Assembly: GCA_964457775.1 (NCBI GenBank) | Contig: CAYWEW010000002.1 | Location: 44,335-108,334 of the forward strand | From: an uncultured Candidatus Saccharibacteria bacterium | GTDB lineage: Bacteria > Patescibacteriota > Minisyncoccia > Phycocordibacterales > UBA5272 | Reading direction: 5' to 3' | DNA length: 64,000 bases | Shown here: positions 55,734 to 64,000 of the stretch, piece after piece | Position numbering within the stretch: position 1 is the stretch's first letter | Layout: the number at the start of each line of letters is the position of its first letter | The notes under the pieces: model-generated | Seen by the model: the letters and a program-made list of their open reading frames with translations, nothing else | What the model was told of the DNA's origin: nothing | Database searches by the model: none | Translations under genes and position numbers: made by a program

Positions 55734-57458
55734 TTATTTCTTTTTTGAAACCTTTTTACTTTGTTTCATTTCTTTAGTATCAGTTTTTGTATTTTCCTGT
55801 AATAGCATGTCAGGTGGTGGAGCAATACGAACAAGCTCCTCAACAGTAGTTAACCCGCTCTTTACTTTATCAACCCCATCTTCAAATACAGAACGTGAAC
55901 CCTCCTTTCGTGCTAGTATCCAAATTTCCTGAGCTGAAGGTCTTTTAACAAGAAGTTCTTGAAGATTAGGTGTAATTTTAATTACTTCATAAATAGATGT
56001 ACGGCCTTTATACCCTGTGAATCCGCAAGCTTCACATTTCTTACCTTCATAAAGAGTTATACTTTTACCATTATTAAAATACTTTGCCACACCTTTTAAC
56101 TGTGGAGTATCAAAATCGGCAGAAGTTTTTACTACACTGTGTTTACAATGATCACAAATCTTACGAACAAGACGCTGAGCAATAATCAAATTCATTGTCG
56201 AAGAAAGTAAGAATGGCTCAATACCCATATCAAGTAAACGTGGAACTGCAGTTGCTGCATCATTCGCGTGGAACGTTGAAAGTAGCATATGACCAGTAAG
56301 AGCAGCATTCACTGAAATTTCTGCAGTTTCAAGGTCACGAATTTCTCCAACTAGAATAATATCTGGGTCCTGGCGCACAATAGCACGAAGACCTCGGGCA
56401 AAAGTAAGTCCAGTTATCATATTCACTTGTATCTGATTTAATCCCTGCACTTTATACTCTACTGGATCTTCAATGGTTGTGATATTTGTATCTGGAGTAT
56501 TCAACATTTTAAGCAAAGAATATAGAGTAGTAGTTTTACCGGAACCTGTTGGACCTACTACGAGTATCATACCGAATGGCTTATCTGCAGCTTCACGTAG
56601 AAGTTCTTGGTTCTTTTGAGTAAGACCAAGGTCATTAAAAGTAAGACCTTGTACATAAGAACCAAGAACTCGAAGTACTACCTTTTCCCCTTCCACAATA
56701 GGAATAACCGAAGTACGCATGTCGACTGCAACCCCTTTGTGTTCATAATGAAGCGAACCATCTTGAGCTGCATAATGCTCATCAATACGAAGTGCACTCT
56801 TTACCTTTATTCTATTTAGAACATTTTCATAATATTCTTTTGGTAATCTTCCCGCTTCATGAAGCACACCATCCACACGAAAACGAATCACAACAGTGAC
56901 AGCTTGCGGCTCAAAGTGAATGTCAGATGCTTTGTAGGTAATTGCATCATCAAATATTTCTTCGAGAATCTCTGGGGCAACCCTCTCGCTTTCTTCAATA
57001 ATTTTTGAGAAGCGCGTATCAAGTGGCTTTTCATAATTAATAAACATACTTTCGATGTCTTCTGCCAGTGAGTATGTAATATTTATTTTTTTACCGGTAA
57101 AAAGAGTTTTCATCTCCTTTTCCAAACCTTCAGTTGTTGGATTATCAGTTGTTACTGTAATTTCTTTCTCTCCATCAATAAAAAGAACTACTCGTAACTT
57201 CTTGGCTGTTTCTTCTGGAATTTTTCTAACTTGGTCAGCGGTAATTGCGGCGGAGTTAAGATCAGAATATGGAACTTTATAGGATTCTGCTATAGCTTGT
57301 CCAACGATGTCATTATTAACTACCCCATCACGCAAAAGCGCATCGACAAAAGTTACTCCACCTGCTTTCACAAGTGCGTCTGCTTTTTTTACATCTTCAT
57401 CGCTAATATAACTTCCAGCAACGAGAATTTCCTTAATATTTTTATTATCAATCTTCAT
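55734..57458 (-). CDS. pilB: type IV pilus assembly ATPase (PilB/GspE)
   Basis: ASDIH.EP, GPTGSGKTTTLY, TIEDPVEY, RQDPDIILVGEIRD and tetra-Cys zinc motif. Confidence 0.93.
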   Translation of the reverse strand: MKIDNKNIKEILVAGSYISDEDVKKADALVKAGGVTFVDALLRDGVVNNDIVGQAIAESYKVPYSDLNSAAITADQVRKIPEETAKKLRVVLFIDGEKEITVTTDNPTTEGLEKEMKTLFTGKKINITYSLAEDIESMFINYEKPLDTRFSKIIEESERVAPEILEEIFDDAITYKASDIHFEPQAVTVVIRFRVDGVLHEAGRLPKEYYENVLNRIKVKSALRIDEHYAAQDGSLHYEHKGVAVDMRTSVIPIVEGEKVVLRVLGSYVQGLTFNDLGLTQKNQELLREAADKPFGMILVVGPTGSGKTTTLYSLLKMLNTPDTNITTIEDPVEYKVQGLNQIQVNMITGLTFARGLRAIVRQDPDIILVGEIRDLETAEISVNAALTGHMLLSTFHANDAATAVPRLLDMGIEPFLLSSTMNLIIAQRLVRKICDHCKHSVVKTSADFDTPQLKGVAKYFNNGKSITLYEGKKCEACGFTGYKGRTSIYEVIKITPNLQELLVKRPSAQEIWILARKEGSRSVFEDGVDKVKSGLTTVEELVRIAPPPDMLLQENTKTDTKEMKQSKKVSKKK

Positions 57459-57519
57459 GCTTATATACCATGAAGTATATCATTACATGGTGATTAATTT
57501 ATTTACTTATTCACTTTCT

Positions 57520-57891
57520 TTATATCTTCTTCTTCACTCCTTCTACGATTTCTGAGAGTGTGCTGTTTGATTTCACAAAAAAATCTACTGCACCTAAATC
57601 AAATGCTCTTTTCTTGTCTTCCTCTTGATTAAGATTGGTCATTACAATAACAGGAACTTTTATTTTTTTATTTTTTACAGCCTCAAGTAGACCAAATCCA
57701 TCCATGCCAGGCATAATCAAATCCGATAGTACGAGATCAAACTTTTCTTTTTCTAAAATCGAAATACCTAATTCGCCGTTGTCAGTGGTAACAACTTCAA
57801 AGCCTTCATGAGTTAACTTGAGCTCAAGAGCGTGTGCAAGTGGCTTTTCATCTTCTAGTATTAAAATTTTCTTTTTTGTCGTTTCTTTCAT
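57520..57891 (-). CDS. single-domain response regulator (receiver only)
   Basis: ILEDE, DLVLSDLIMPGMDG and GAVDFFVK motifs. Confidence 0.92.
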   Translation of the reverse strand: MKETTKKKILILEDEKPLAHALELKLTHEGFEVVTTDNGELGISILEKEKFDLVLSDLIMPGMDGFGLLEAVKNKKIKVPVIVMTNLNQEEDKKRAFDLGAVDFFVKSNSTLSEIVEGVKKKI

Positions 57892-57990
57892 GTATAATAC
57901 CCTCGATTAATCCATGTTATGAGTGTACAACAAACTGACCAAAAAGACTATATACATTAAGGAAAATCGGCTATTTAAACAAAATATTTC

Positions 57991-58425
57991 TTATGAAACA
58001 AGAAATATAACTGCTGACATAATCCCCATTACACAAATATAATAACCAGAATTAACAAGAAACTTTAACTGGGGTTTCATGCTGAAATGATTTTCTTTTA
58101 ATGAATACACCATTTCTATAAAACTAGTCGTAACAACAAACCCAAAAGATAATAATACACCAAGACTAATAGCGACTTTAAGTGAACTAATTTGTAATAA
58201 ATCAAACATAATAGCCAATACTGACGCGATAGAACCATGAGCAATCAAGGAGTACAGATTGATTTGCGCCATATATAACTTAGAACGTTTAGGTAAATCA
58301 TTTTTTGAAAGACCTTGTCCCTTTAACCACGCGTTAACAAAAAGAAATGGAGAATACCAGACTGCACCGAACATAAATCCAATAATTGAAGCTAAAACAA
58401 TTGTTGTTGATGTTAAATATTCCAT
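57991..58425 (-). CDS. DUF1761-like membrane protein
   Basis: GAVWYSP.LF..AW and NSGY motifs; 4 TMs; start MEYL at 58425. Confidence 0.75.
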   Translation of the reverse strand: MEYLTSTTIVLASIIGFMFGAVWYSPFLFVNAWLKGQGLSKNDLPKRSKLYMAQINLYSLIAHGSIASVLAIMFDLLQISSLKVAISLGVLLSFGFVVTTSFIEMVYSLKENHFSMKPQLKFLVNSGYYICVMGIMSAVIFLVS

Positions 58426-58469
58426 ATAATTAAGTATATCAGAACGTGTGTGGTAGGTGGTAGAAATTA

Positions 58470-58508
58470 TAAAGCAGAAGAATTTGCTTCGCAAATTCTT
58501 CTGCTTTA
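58470..58508. terminator. perfect hairpin (terminator- or REP-like)
   Basis: TAAAGCAGAAGAATTTGC-ttc-GCAAATTCTTCTGCTTTA. Confidence 0.5.
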
Positions 58509-58546
58509 CCTAACGAATAATACTCTAACTTCCTAACTGTTATTTA

Positions 58547-59062
58547 TTACTTATTAATGAATGCAACCAATTCATCAACATTAAATCCTTCTAACTTGTT
58601 CTTTGTTCTCCCTCCAAAATTAATAGTTGAAACAGTTTCAATCCCTACGAATCCAAGTATGGTTTTCTCTGCAAGATAATGAATTGCCTTCAACTGATCA
58701 ACATAATACTCATTTGGGTGTCCTGATGTAGTTATTATTTTTGCTTTTTTCCCTGTAAGTAGTGCCTTAGGCATTCCTTCTGTAGTGTATTCATATGCAT
58801 AACCATAAGTAAGAACACTATCTACTGTTTTCTTGAAAATATTTGGATACGACCCCCACTGTACTGGGTAAGTAAAATATACAAAATCTGCCTTCTTTAA
58901 TTCATCTTGGTAATTTTTTATATCCACCTCTCCAAACTTTGCATCAACCCCTGATAATATAAAAATATTATCACCCTTTGTTGTATGCTCTTTTTTAATA
59001 GTATCCACTATTAAATTATTATTAGAACCTTCTTCCCCATTTGCCCAGATAAATATATTCAT
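58547..59062 (-). CDS. flavodoxin-like NAD(P)H:quinone oxidoreductase family protein
   Basis: YP.QW..YP..FK...D.VL..GYAY and L.GKKA.II.TSG motifs. Confidence 0.82.
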   Translation of the reverse strand: MNIFIWANGEEGSNNNLIVDTIKKEHTTKGDNIFILSGVDAKFGEVDIKNYQDELKKADFVYFTYPVQWGSYPNIFKKTVDSVLTYGYAYEYTTEGMPKALLTGKKAKIITTSGHPNEYYVDQLKAIHYLAEKTILGFVGIETVSTINFGGRTKNKLEGFNVDELVAFINK

Positions 59063-59081
59063 GATGTTTTATACTTTATAT

Positions 59082-59206
59082 TAGGACTTACTCACTTAGA
59101 TGAGATTCGCGGAGAAACTAATATTTTATAGAAGGTGTACTTAGTAGTACAGCGACGATAAAATATGGAGTTTCGACAAAGAAGATCGCTAAGTGTGTAG
59201 TCCTAA
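59082..59206. repeat. RPE1-like palindromic element
   Basis: TTAGGACT..CACTTAG ... GGAGAAAC ... GTAC.TA.TAGTAC ... GTTTCGAC ... CTAAGTG..AGTCCTAA. Confidence 0.6.
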
Positions 59207-59239
59207 TTTACTTTACTAATAAGAGTAGTATATTCTAAA

Positions 59240-59258
59240 TACTTTACTTTGTAAAGTA
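59240..59258. promoter_or_regulatory. putative HxlR-family operator
   Basis: TACTTTAC-ttt-GTAAAGTA palindrome between the divergent oxidoreductase and regulator. Confidence 0.55.
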
Positions 59259-59275
59259 GATAAAAATCATTAAAT

Positions 59276-59602
59276 ATGCTACATTTTATGTATAGAAATA
59301 TGACACCTCACACTGTACAAGAAAATATCCCAAGAGAATGCCCAATACAGCACCTTGTTCGTATTTTGTCTGATGCGTGGACCATTCTCATACTTCGAGA
59401 CTTACTCATTGAGCCTAGACGTTTCTGTGAACTAGAAAGATCTCTAGAAGGAATAAGTACTAGGACCCTTACTCTAAAATTACAAAAATTAACAGAAGAA
59501 GGTGTTGTGGAGCATAACGACCATTACTATTCCCTTACCAAACAAGGCAAAAAGTTACAGCCAATTATTAATGAGATTGAAAAAGTTGGGAAGAAATTCT
59601 AA
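59276..59602 (+). CDS. HxlR-family winged-helix transcriptional regulator
   Basis: CPI...W..LILRDL...RRF.EL..SL.GIS.R.L...L..L and YSLT..G motifs; real start may be 59300. Confidence 0.9.
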   Translation: MLHFMYRNMTPHTVQENIPRECPIQHLVRILSDAWTILILRDLLIEPRRFCELERSLEGISTRTLTLKLQKLTEEGVVEHNDHYYSLTKQGKKLQPIINEIEKVGKKF

Positions 59603-59639
59603 AGTATTCTAACCTACCCTTCTGTGGTAGTGTTATGGT

Positions 59640-60182
59640 ATGACTTACGATGAGGAATTCTTAAAAAATACAATAAAAGGATATACAAAAGTGCTTTATA
59701 ACTTCATTAGACGTTTTGGGTTTAATAATGAAGAAGCAGAGGATATTCTACAAGATGTCTTTATAAAAGTTTGGAAATATGAGGGCACTTTTGATGGGAC
59801 AAAATCATCGATAAAAACTTGGCTTTATAGAATTGCAAGAAACACAATTTATGATGCACTACGCAAGAAAAAAGTTGCAATAAATATTATAAGTATTGAT
59901 GAACAAAATAGTAATGGAAATAAAAGTGATGTAGAAGATATTTCTCAAGACATTATAACTGTACTTGAAAATCTCCAAACAAAAAGTGATATTATTGATG
60001 CGATTAATACTCTTTCTGTTGAAGAAAAAAGTATCCTACTTCTCCATGTTGAAGAAAGTATGACTTTTAATGAAATTGGTGTCATTTTTGATTTACAAAT
60101 GAATACTGTAAAAAGTAAATATAGACGTTCTTTACTCAAATTACATAGTGTTTTGGAAAATATGCACCAAAATAAAATTTAA
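59640..60182 (+). CDS. ECF RNA polymerase sigma factor
   Basis: AEDILQDVFIKVW, TWLYRIARN..YD.LRK and TVKS..RR motifs. Confidence 0.92.
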   Translation: MTYDEEFLKNTIKGYTKVLYNFIRRFGFNNEEAEDILQDVFIKVWKYEGTFDGTKSSIKTWLYRIARNTIYDALRKKKVAINIISIDEQNSNGNKSDVEDISQDIITVLENLQTKSDIIDAINTLSVEEKSILLLHVEESMTFNEIGVIFDLQMNTVKSKYRRSLLKLHSVLENMHQNKI

Positions 60183-60197
60183 TACGTATACAACTAT

Positions 60198-60605
60198 ATG
60201 CAAACTAAATTGCAAAAATTATTAAATGAATCACGATTTACTCCTCATACTGATTTAGAAAATACCCTTTTTGTAAATGTACAAAAAAAGATACGTATAA
60301 TCATGAGAATAAAGCTTGCTTCCTATTTCACAATAGGAATACTTTCTAGCATTTCTCTTGTTTTTTATCTAAATGCTCTTTATGTTGATTTGAGTAATTC
60401 TGGTGCATATAATTATCTCCATTTAATTGTAGGAGAAGACGTAAATACTCTTTTACTAATATCAAAAGAAATGCTCTATGCCATTTTAGAATCAATACCT
60501 ATGATGAGTATTACATTATCTCTTGGGCTATTATTTATGGTTATGATTTCAATTAATGGTGTACTCGTATCGTTGCAACGTAAGTTTATCTACAACAAAT
60601 ATTAA
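60198..60605 (+). CDS. membrane protein, putative anti-sigma partner
   Basis: Directly follows the ECF sigma; short cytoplasmic N-terminus and 2 TMs. Confidence 0.55.
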   Translation: MQTKLQKLLNESRFTPHTDLENTLFVNVQKKIRIIMRIKLASYFTIGILSSISLVFYLNALYVDLSNSGAYNYLHLIVGEDVNTLLLISKEMLYAILESIPMMSITLSLGLLFMVMISINGVLVSLQRKFIYNKY

Positions 60606-60624
60606 CTATTTAAATATATTATTT

Positions 60625-61125
60625 ATGAAAGAAAAAATTAAAGTGCTTTATGCGCACAAAGGATTACGTTTGTGGATTTATATTATTGGTGGACTTTTTG
60701 TTCTCTGTGTAACATTTCAATTGGGTGTCTTAACTGGGTATCATAAAGCATCCTATGCTCGCGACTGGGGAGACCATTATGGAAATAATTTTGGCATGGA
60801 AAGACCAGAATCATTTAGGGGGATGATGCGTGGTGGTCTACCTATTGGGCACGGCGCAACAGGAAAGGTCCTCACAGTAACTCTTCCAACATTTATTATC
60901 GAAGATAGGGATGGAACTGAAAAAACAATCATAGTTAGCTCTACAACAATTATAAAATCTGCCATGCAAATTACTTCATCTACATCAATTACACCTAATG
61001 CTCTAGTGGTTGTTATTGGTCAACCAAATAAAGATGGTCAAATAGAAGCTAAACTTATTCGTCTCATGCCCACATCTTTTGGAACATCAACCAATTCTAT
61101 GATGCGAGGAATGATGCGACGATAA
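60625..61125 (+). CDS. single-TM protein with OB-fold-like (DUF5666-like) domain
   Basis: TM then G.TGKV...V.V.G.....G.I.A..IR pattern. Confidence 0.55.
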   Translation: MKEKIKVLYAHKGLRLWIYIIGGLFVLCVTFQLGVLTGYHKASYARDWGDHYGNNFGMERPESFRGMMRGGLPIGHGATGKVLTVTLPTFIIEDRDGTEKTIIVSSTTIIKSAMQITSSTSITPNALVVVIGQPNKDGQIEAKLIRLMPTSFGTSTNSMMRGMMRR

Positions 61126-61134
61126 TTGATTATT

Positions 61135-62949
61135 ATGAAAGACACATTAATCAACTTCTTGAAAAAAATATATGAGAAGTCTAAAGAACACAAAATAATT
61201 TCAACAGTTGTTATAGTAATTCTTTTAGGAGGGGGGTATTATTATTACTCCAAACAAGGAACAGCAACAGTGAGTTATCAATATACAACAGTAAAAAGAG
61301 GTTCTCTTACCTCTATAGTTTCTAGTACTGGCCAAGTTATTTCAAACAGTCAAGTTGATTTGAAACCAAAAGTAAACGCTAACGTTACAGGAGTTTATGT
61401 TAGAGCTGGAGATAGAGTAAAAGTTGGCCAAGTACTATTTAGACTTGATGCAACGAATGCCTATAAACAAGTTCGTGATGCAAAAACATCACTAGAGGCG
61501 GCAAATATTGCACTTGAAAAATTACGAAACCCAAAAGCCGTTGATGTAATGGCATTAGAAAATTCTATCAAACAAGAAGAAGACTCAAAGAAAACACAAG
61601 ATACAAAAGTAGTAACAGCATACAAAAACTTGCTTAGTTCAGGATTACAATTAATTCCAGACAGTTCTTACACAACCGAAACAGCTCCGACAATATCTGG
61701 TAGTTATATAAAAACTGATGAGGGTCAAATAAAATTAAATGTATATCAAGGTGGAGTAAGCGGTTACACATTTAGTGCTAATGGATTAATAACTGGCGGT
61801 GGTCAAGCAAATACCCTTGTTGCTCAACCGCTCGGTGATACGGGTTTATATATTAAATGGAATAGTGATGCCCCACAAACAAATTGGATACTAAACATTC
61901 CAAACAAACAATCAACAAGTTATTCATCGAATTATGACGCTTGGCAAAATGCGATAACAAATAGAGACATAGCAAACTCAGCATCTGATAGAAACATTGA
62001 TAGTTATAAACAAAAATTATCTGACCTAAGACCAAGTGATGACAACGTTGATGTAAGAAGTGCGAAGCTTACTGTAGAGCAAAGACAAAATGCACTATAT
62101 GATGCACAACAATCACTTTCTGATTATGTTATAACCGCCCCTTTTAATGGTGTAATGGCAAATGTTTCGGTTGATATTGGAGCTTCTGCTGTAATGGCGT
62201 CCGCAAATAGTAGCTCTGCATTAGGCACAATTGTTACTGACAAAAAATTAGCACAAGTAACTTTAAATGAAACAGATATTGTAAAAGTTAAATTAGGACA
62301 AAAAGCAACAATGACTTTTGACGCAATAGATGGACTTGAAGTAGAGGGTGATGTTGTAGAAATAAATACATTAGGTACAGTTACCTCTGGTGTTGTTACA
62401 TATAAAGCAAAACTTGCTTTCAATACTGATGATCCAAGAATACTTCCGAATATGAGTGTGTCTGTTGATATTACAACTGACAGTAAGGATAACATTCTTT
62501 ATGTACCTATTCAGTCAGTTAAACATGATAGTAATGGTTACTATGCAGAAAAGGATGACTCGACTTCGTCCCCCACTGCGTCATCATCTAGGCGATTTGC
62601 AAATGCATCATCGACAGGAATGTATACGAGGTCTGCAACAAGTACAAACTATGCATCAGGAACACGTAAGAAAATGGGTAATGGTTCATCATCTTACCAA
62701 AGAAATGGGACTACAAATAACACAACATCAGTAACAACAAATACAACAGTTACGCGTATACCAGTAACAATCGGAACTCAAAACGACACTCAAATAGAAA
62801 TAACAGGTGGGTTACTAGAGGGTGAAAAAATAATTCTTAAAAAAGTAACGGCTTCGCTATCAACCACTTCAGCAGGAGCACCATCAATTACTTCACTCTT
62901 TAGAGCACAAGGAGGAAATAGAACAAGTGGTGGATTAAGACCACAATAA
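61135..62949 (+). CDS. MacA-like periplasmic adaptor (membrane fusion protein)
   Basis: N-terminal anchor; V..GDRVK.GQ.L..LD, ITAPFNG, LPNMS and EI..GL.EGE motifs. Confidence 0.88.
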   Translation: MKDTLINFLKKIYEKSKEHKIISTVVIVILLGGGYYYYSKQGTATVSYQYTTVKRGSLTSIVSSTGQVISNSQVDLKPKVNANVTGVYVRAGDRVKVGQVLFRLDATNAYKQVRDAKTSLEAANIALEKLRNPKAVDVMALENSIKQEEDSKKTQDTKVVTAYKNLLSSGLQLIPDSSYTTETAPTISGSYIKTDEGQIKLNVYQGGVSGYTFSANGLITGGGQANTLVAQPLGDTGLYIKWNSDAPQTNWILNIPNKQSTSYSSNYDAWQNAITNRDIANSASDRNIDSYKQKLSDLRPSDDNVDVRSAKLTVEQRQNALYDAQQSLSDYVITAPFNGVMANVSVDIGASAVMASANSSSALGTIVTDKKLAQVTLNETDIVKVKLGQKATMTFDAIDGLEVEGDVVEINTLGTVTSGVVTYKAKLAFNTDDPRILPNMSVSVDITTDSKDNILYVPIQSVKHDSNGYYAEKDDSTSSPTASSSRRFANASSTGMYTRSATSTNYASGTRKKMGNGSSSYQRNGTTNNTTSVTTNTTVTRIPVTIGTQNDTQIEITGGLLEGEKIILKKVTASLSTTSAGAPSITSLFRAQGGNRTSGGLRPQ

Positions 62950-62953
62950 TATT

Positions 62954-63619
62954 ATGATTGAATGCAAAGGACTTACAAAAGATTATATAGATGGAGATAA
63001 TATAACTAATGTATTGAAAGGCGTATCCTTTCATATCAAGAAAGGTGAGTTTGTTGCGATTATGGGTCCTTCTGGTTCAGGCAAATCTACAATCATGAAT
63101 ATACTAGGACTTCTTGATGTCCCAACAAAAGGAATATATTTACTAGATGATAAAGATGTCTCTAAGCTATCTGACGACGAACAAGCATCCATTCGTGCAC
63201 GTAAAATTGGTTTTGTATTCCAATCATTCAATCTACTTCCTCGTGCAACAGTACTTCGTAATGTTATGCTTCCCCTTACCTATTTAGATATGCCTATTAA
63301 AGATAGAGAAGAGAAAGCTAAGCAAGCTCTTACCTCTGCTGGTTTCCCTGAGGAGAGATGGCACAACTTATCCAATCAATTGTCCGGTGGCCAAATACAG
63401 CGTGTGGCGATTGCTCGTGCTCTTGTGAATGACCCGAGTATTATTCTTGCTGATGAACCAACTGGAAACCTAGATACGAAGACTGGTGAAATTGTATTAA
63501 ACACTTTCAAAAAATTAAACAAGGAAGAAGGTCGAACTATCATTCTTATCACCCATGAACCAGATGTAGCTAAGCACGCTGATAGAACTATTCATGTGAG
63601 AGATGGAAATATAATCTAA
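62954..63619 (+). CDS. ABC transporter ATP-binding protein (MacB/LolD type)
   Basis: GPSGSGKST, GFVFQSFNL, LSGGQIQRVAIARAL and ADEPTGNLD motifs. Confidence 0.95.
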   Translation: MIECKGLTKDYIDGDNITNVLKGVSFHIKKGEFVAIMGPSGSGKSTIMNILGLLDVPTKGIYLLDDKDVSKLSDDEQASIRARKIGFVFQSFNLLPRATVLRNVMLPLTYLDMPIKDREEKAKQALTSAGFPEERWHNLSNQLSGGQIQRVAIARALVNDPSIILADEPTGNLDTKTGEIVLNTFKKLNKEEGRTIILITHEPDVAKHADRTIHVRDGNII

Positions 63620-63623
63620 ATAT

Positions 63624-64000
63624 ATGACAATCAAAGACTTACTCGAAGAGACAAGAACGTCGATAACCTCGAATCGTGCGAGAACGGGTCTTACTGTTCT
63701 TGGAATTGTGATTGGTATTGCTTCTGTTATAGTTATGCTTGCTATAGGAAATGGGGCTCAGAGTTCTATTGCCTCATCAATCAATGCACTTGGCTCCAAT
63801 ATCTTAACTATTTCTGGTGGTGGTAATAATAGAACAAGTGGTGTGAGTCAAGGAAGATCTAATCAACAAACACTTACTTTGCTTGATGCTAATGCGATTA
63901 AGGATAAAATTTCTCTAGTCAAAGATGTTTCCCCGGAATTAAACTCTCGTTCACAATTAGTAGCCGAAGGAAATAACACCAATACTTCTATTATTGGAGC
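63624..64000 (+). CDS. MacB-type ABC permease, runs off the window end
   Basis: Manual translation MTIKDLLEE...NRARTGLTVLGIVIGIASVIVMLAIGNG...LGSNI. Confidence 0.9.
   Translation, partial: MTIKDLLEETRTSITSNRARTGLTVLGIVIGIASVIVMLAIGNGAQSSIASSINALGSNILTISGGGNNRTSGVSQGRSNQQTLTLLDANAIKDKISLVKDVSPELNSRSQLVAEGNNTNTSIIG

Noticed and set aside
1783-63231. Other short antisense or off-frame ORFs nested in gap, iscS, nrdD, gyrA, ftsZ, pilB, macA and others
   Set aside because: Fully contained in well-supported genes and lacking motifs or start signals.
1-64000. Whole genome using genetic code 25 (TGA = Gly)
   Set aside because: Long conserved genes are intact under code 11 and several end in TGA; the only in-frame TGA seen is in the panD relic.

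Overview
AT-rich bacterial chromosome segment read in standard genetic code 11. Gene content and style point to a CPR/Patescibacteria genome, probably Parcubacteria-like (inference, not a database result): VirB2-like pilin array next to glyQS, four-domain S1, short S21-like protein, leaderless-looking starts and heptamer-built intergenic repeats. Housekeeping genes: HrpA-like helicase, gap, rpmG, glyQS, gyrA, rpsA, pth, lepB, hisS, rpsU, ybeY, ftsA, ftsZ, trxB, tRNA-Trp(CCA) and tRNA-Ser(CGA). Larger modules: a class III RNR operon with its own IscS/IscU/FNR-like genes, six VirB2-like pilins, a type IV pilus cluster bracketed by a sensor-less kinase and a lone receiver, membrane-anchored MsrAB with a MerT-like partner, an HTH-MurA fusion and an ECF sigma/MacAB-like operon. 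No integrase, transposase, CRISPR array or rRNA was seen. Most unusual signals: (1) a stand-alone sigma70 region 4 + RNAP alpha-CTD fusion next to a ~165-nt hairpin; (2) three copies of the NRAMP gene start that bracket inserted cargo, including a panD relic; (3) orphan genes with strong Shine-Dalgarno sites among otherwise leaderless-looking genes; (4) GGTCAC-hairpin-CGACCC elements built from tRNA 3' ends beside both tRNAs. All calls are by eye from motifs; no searches were run.
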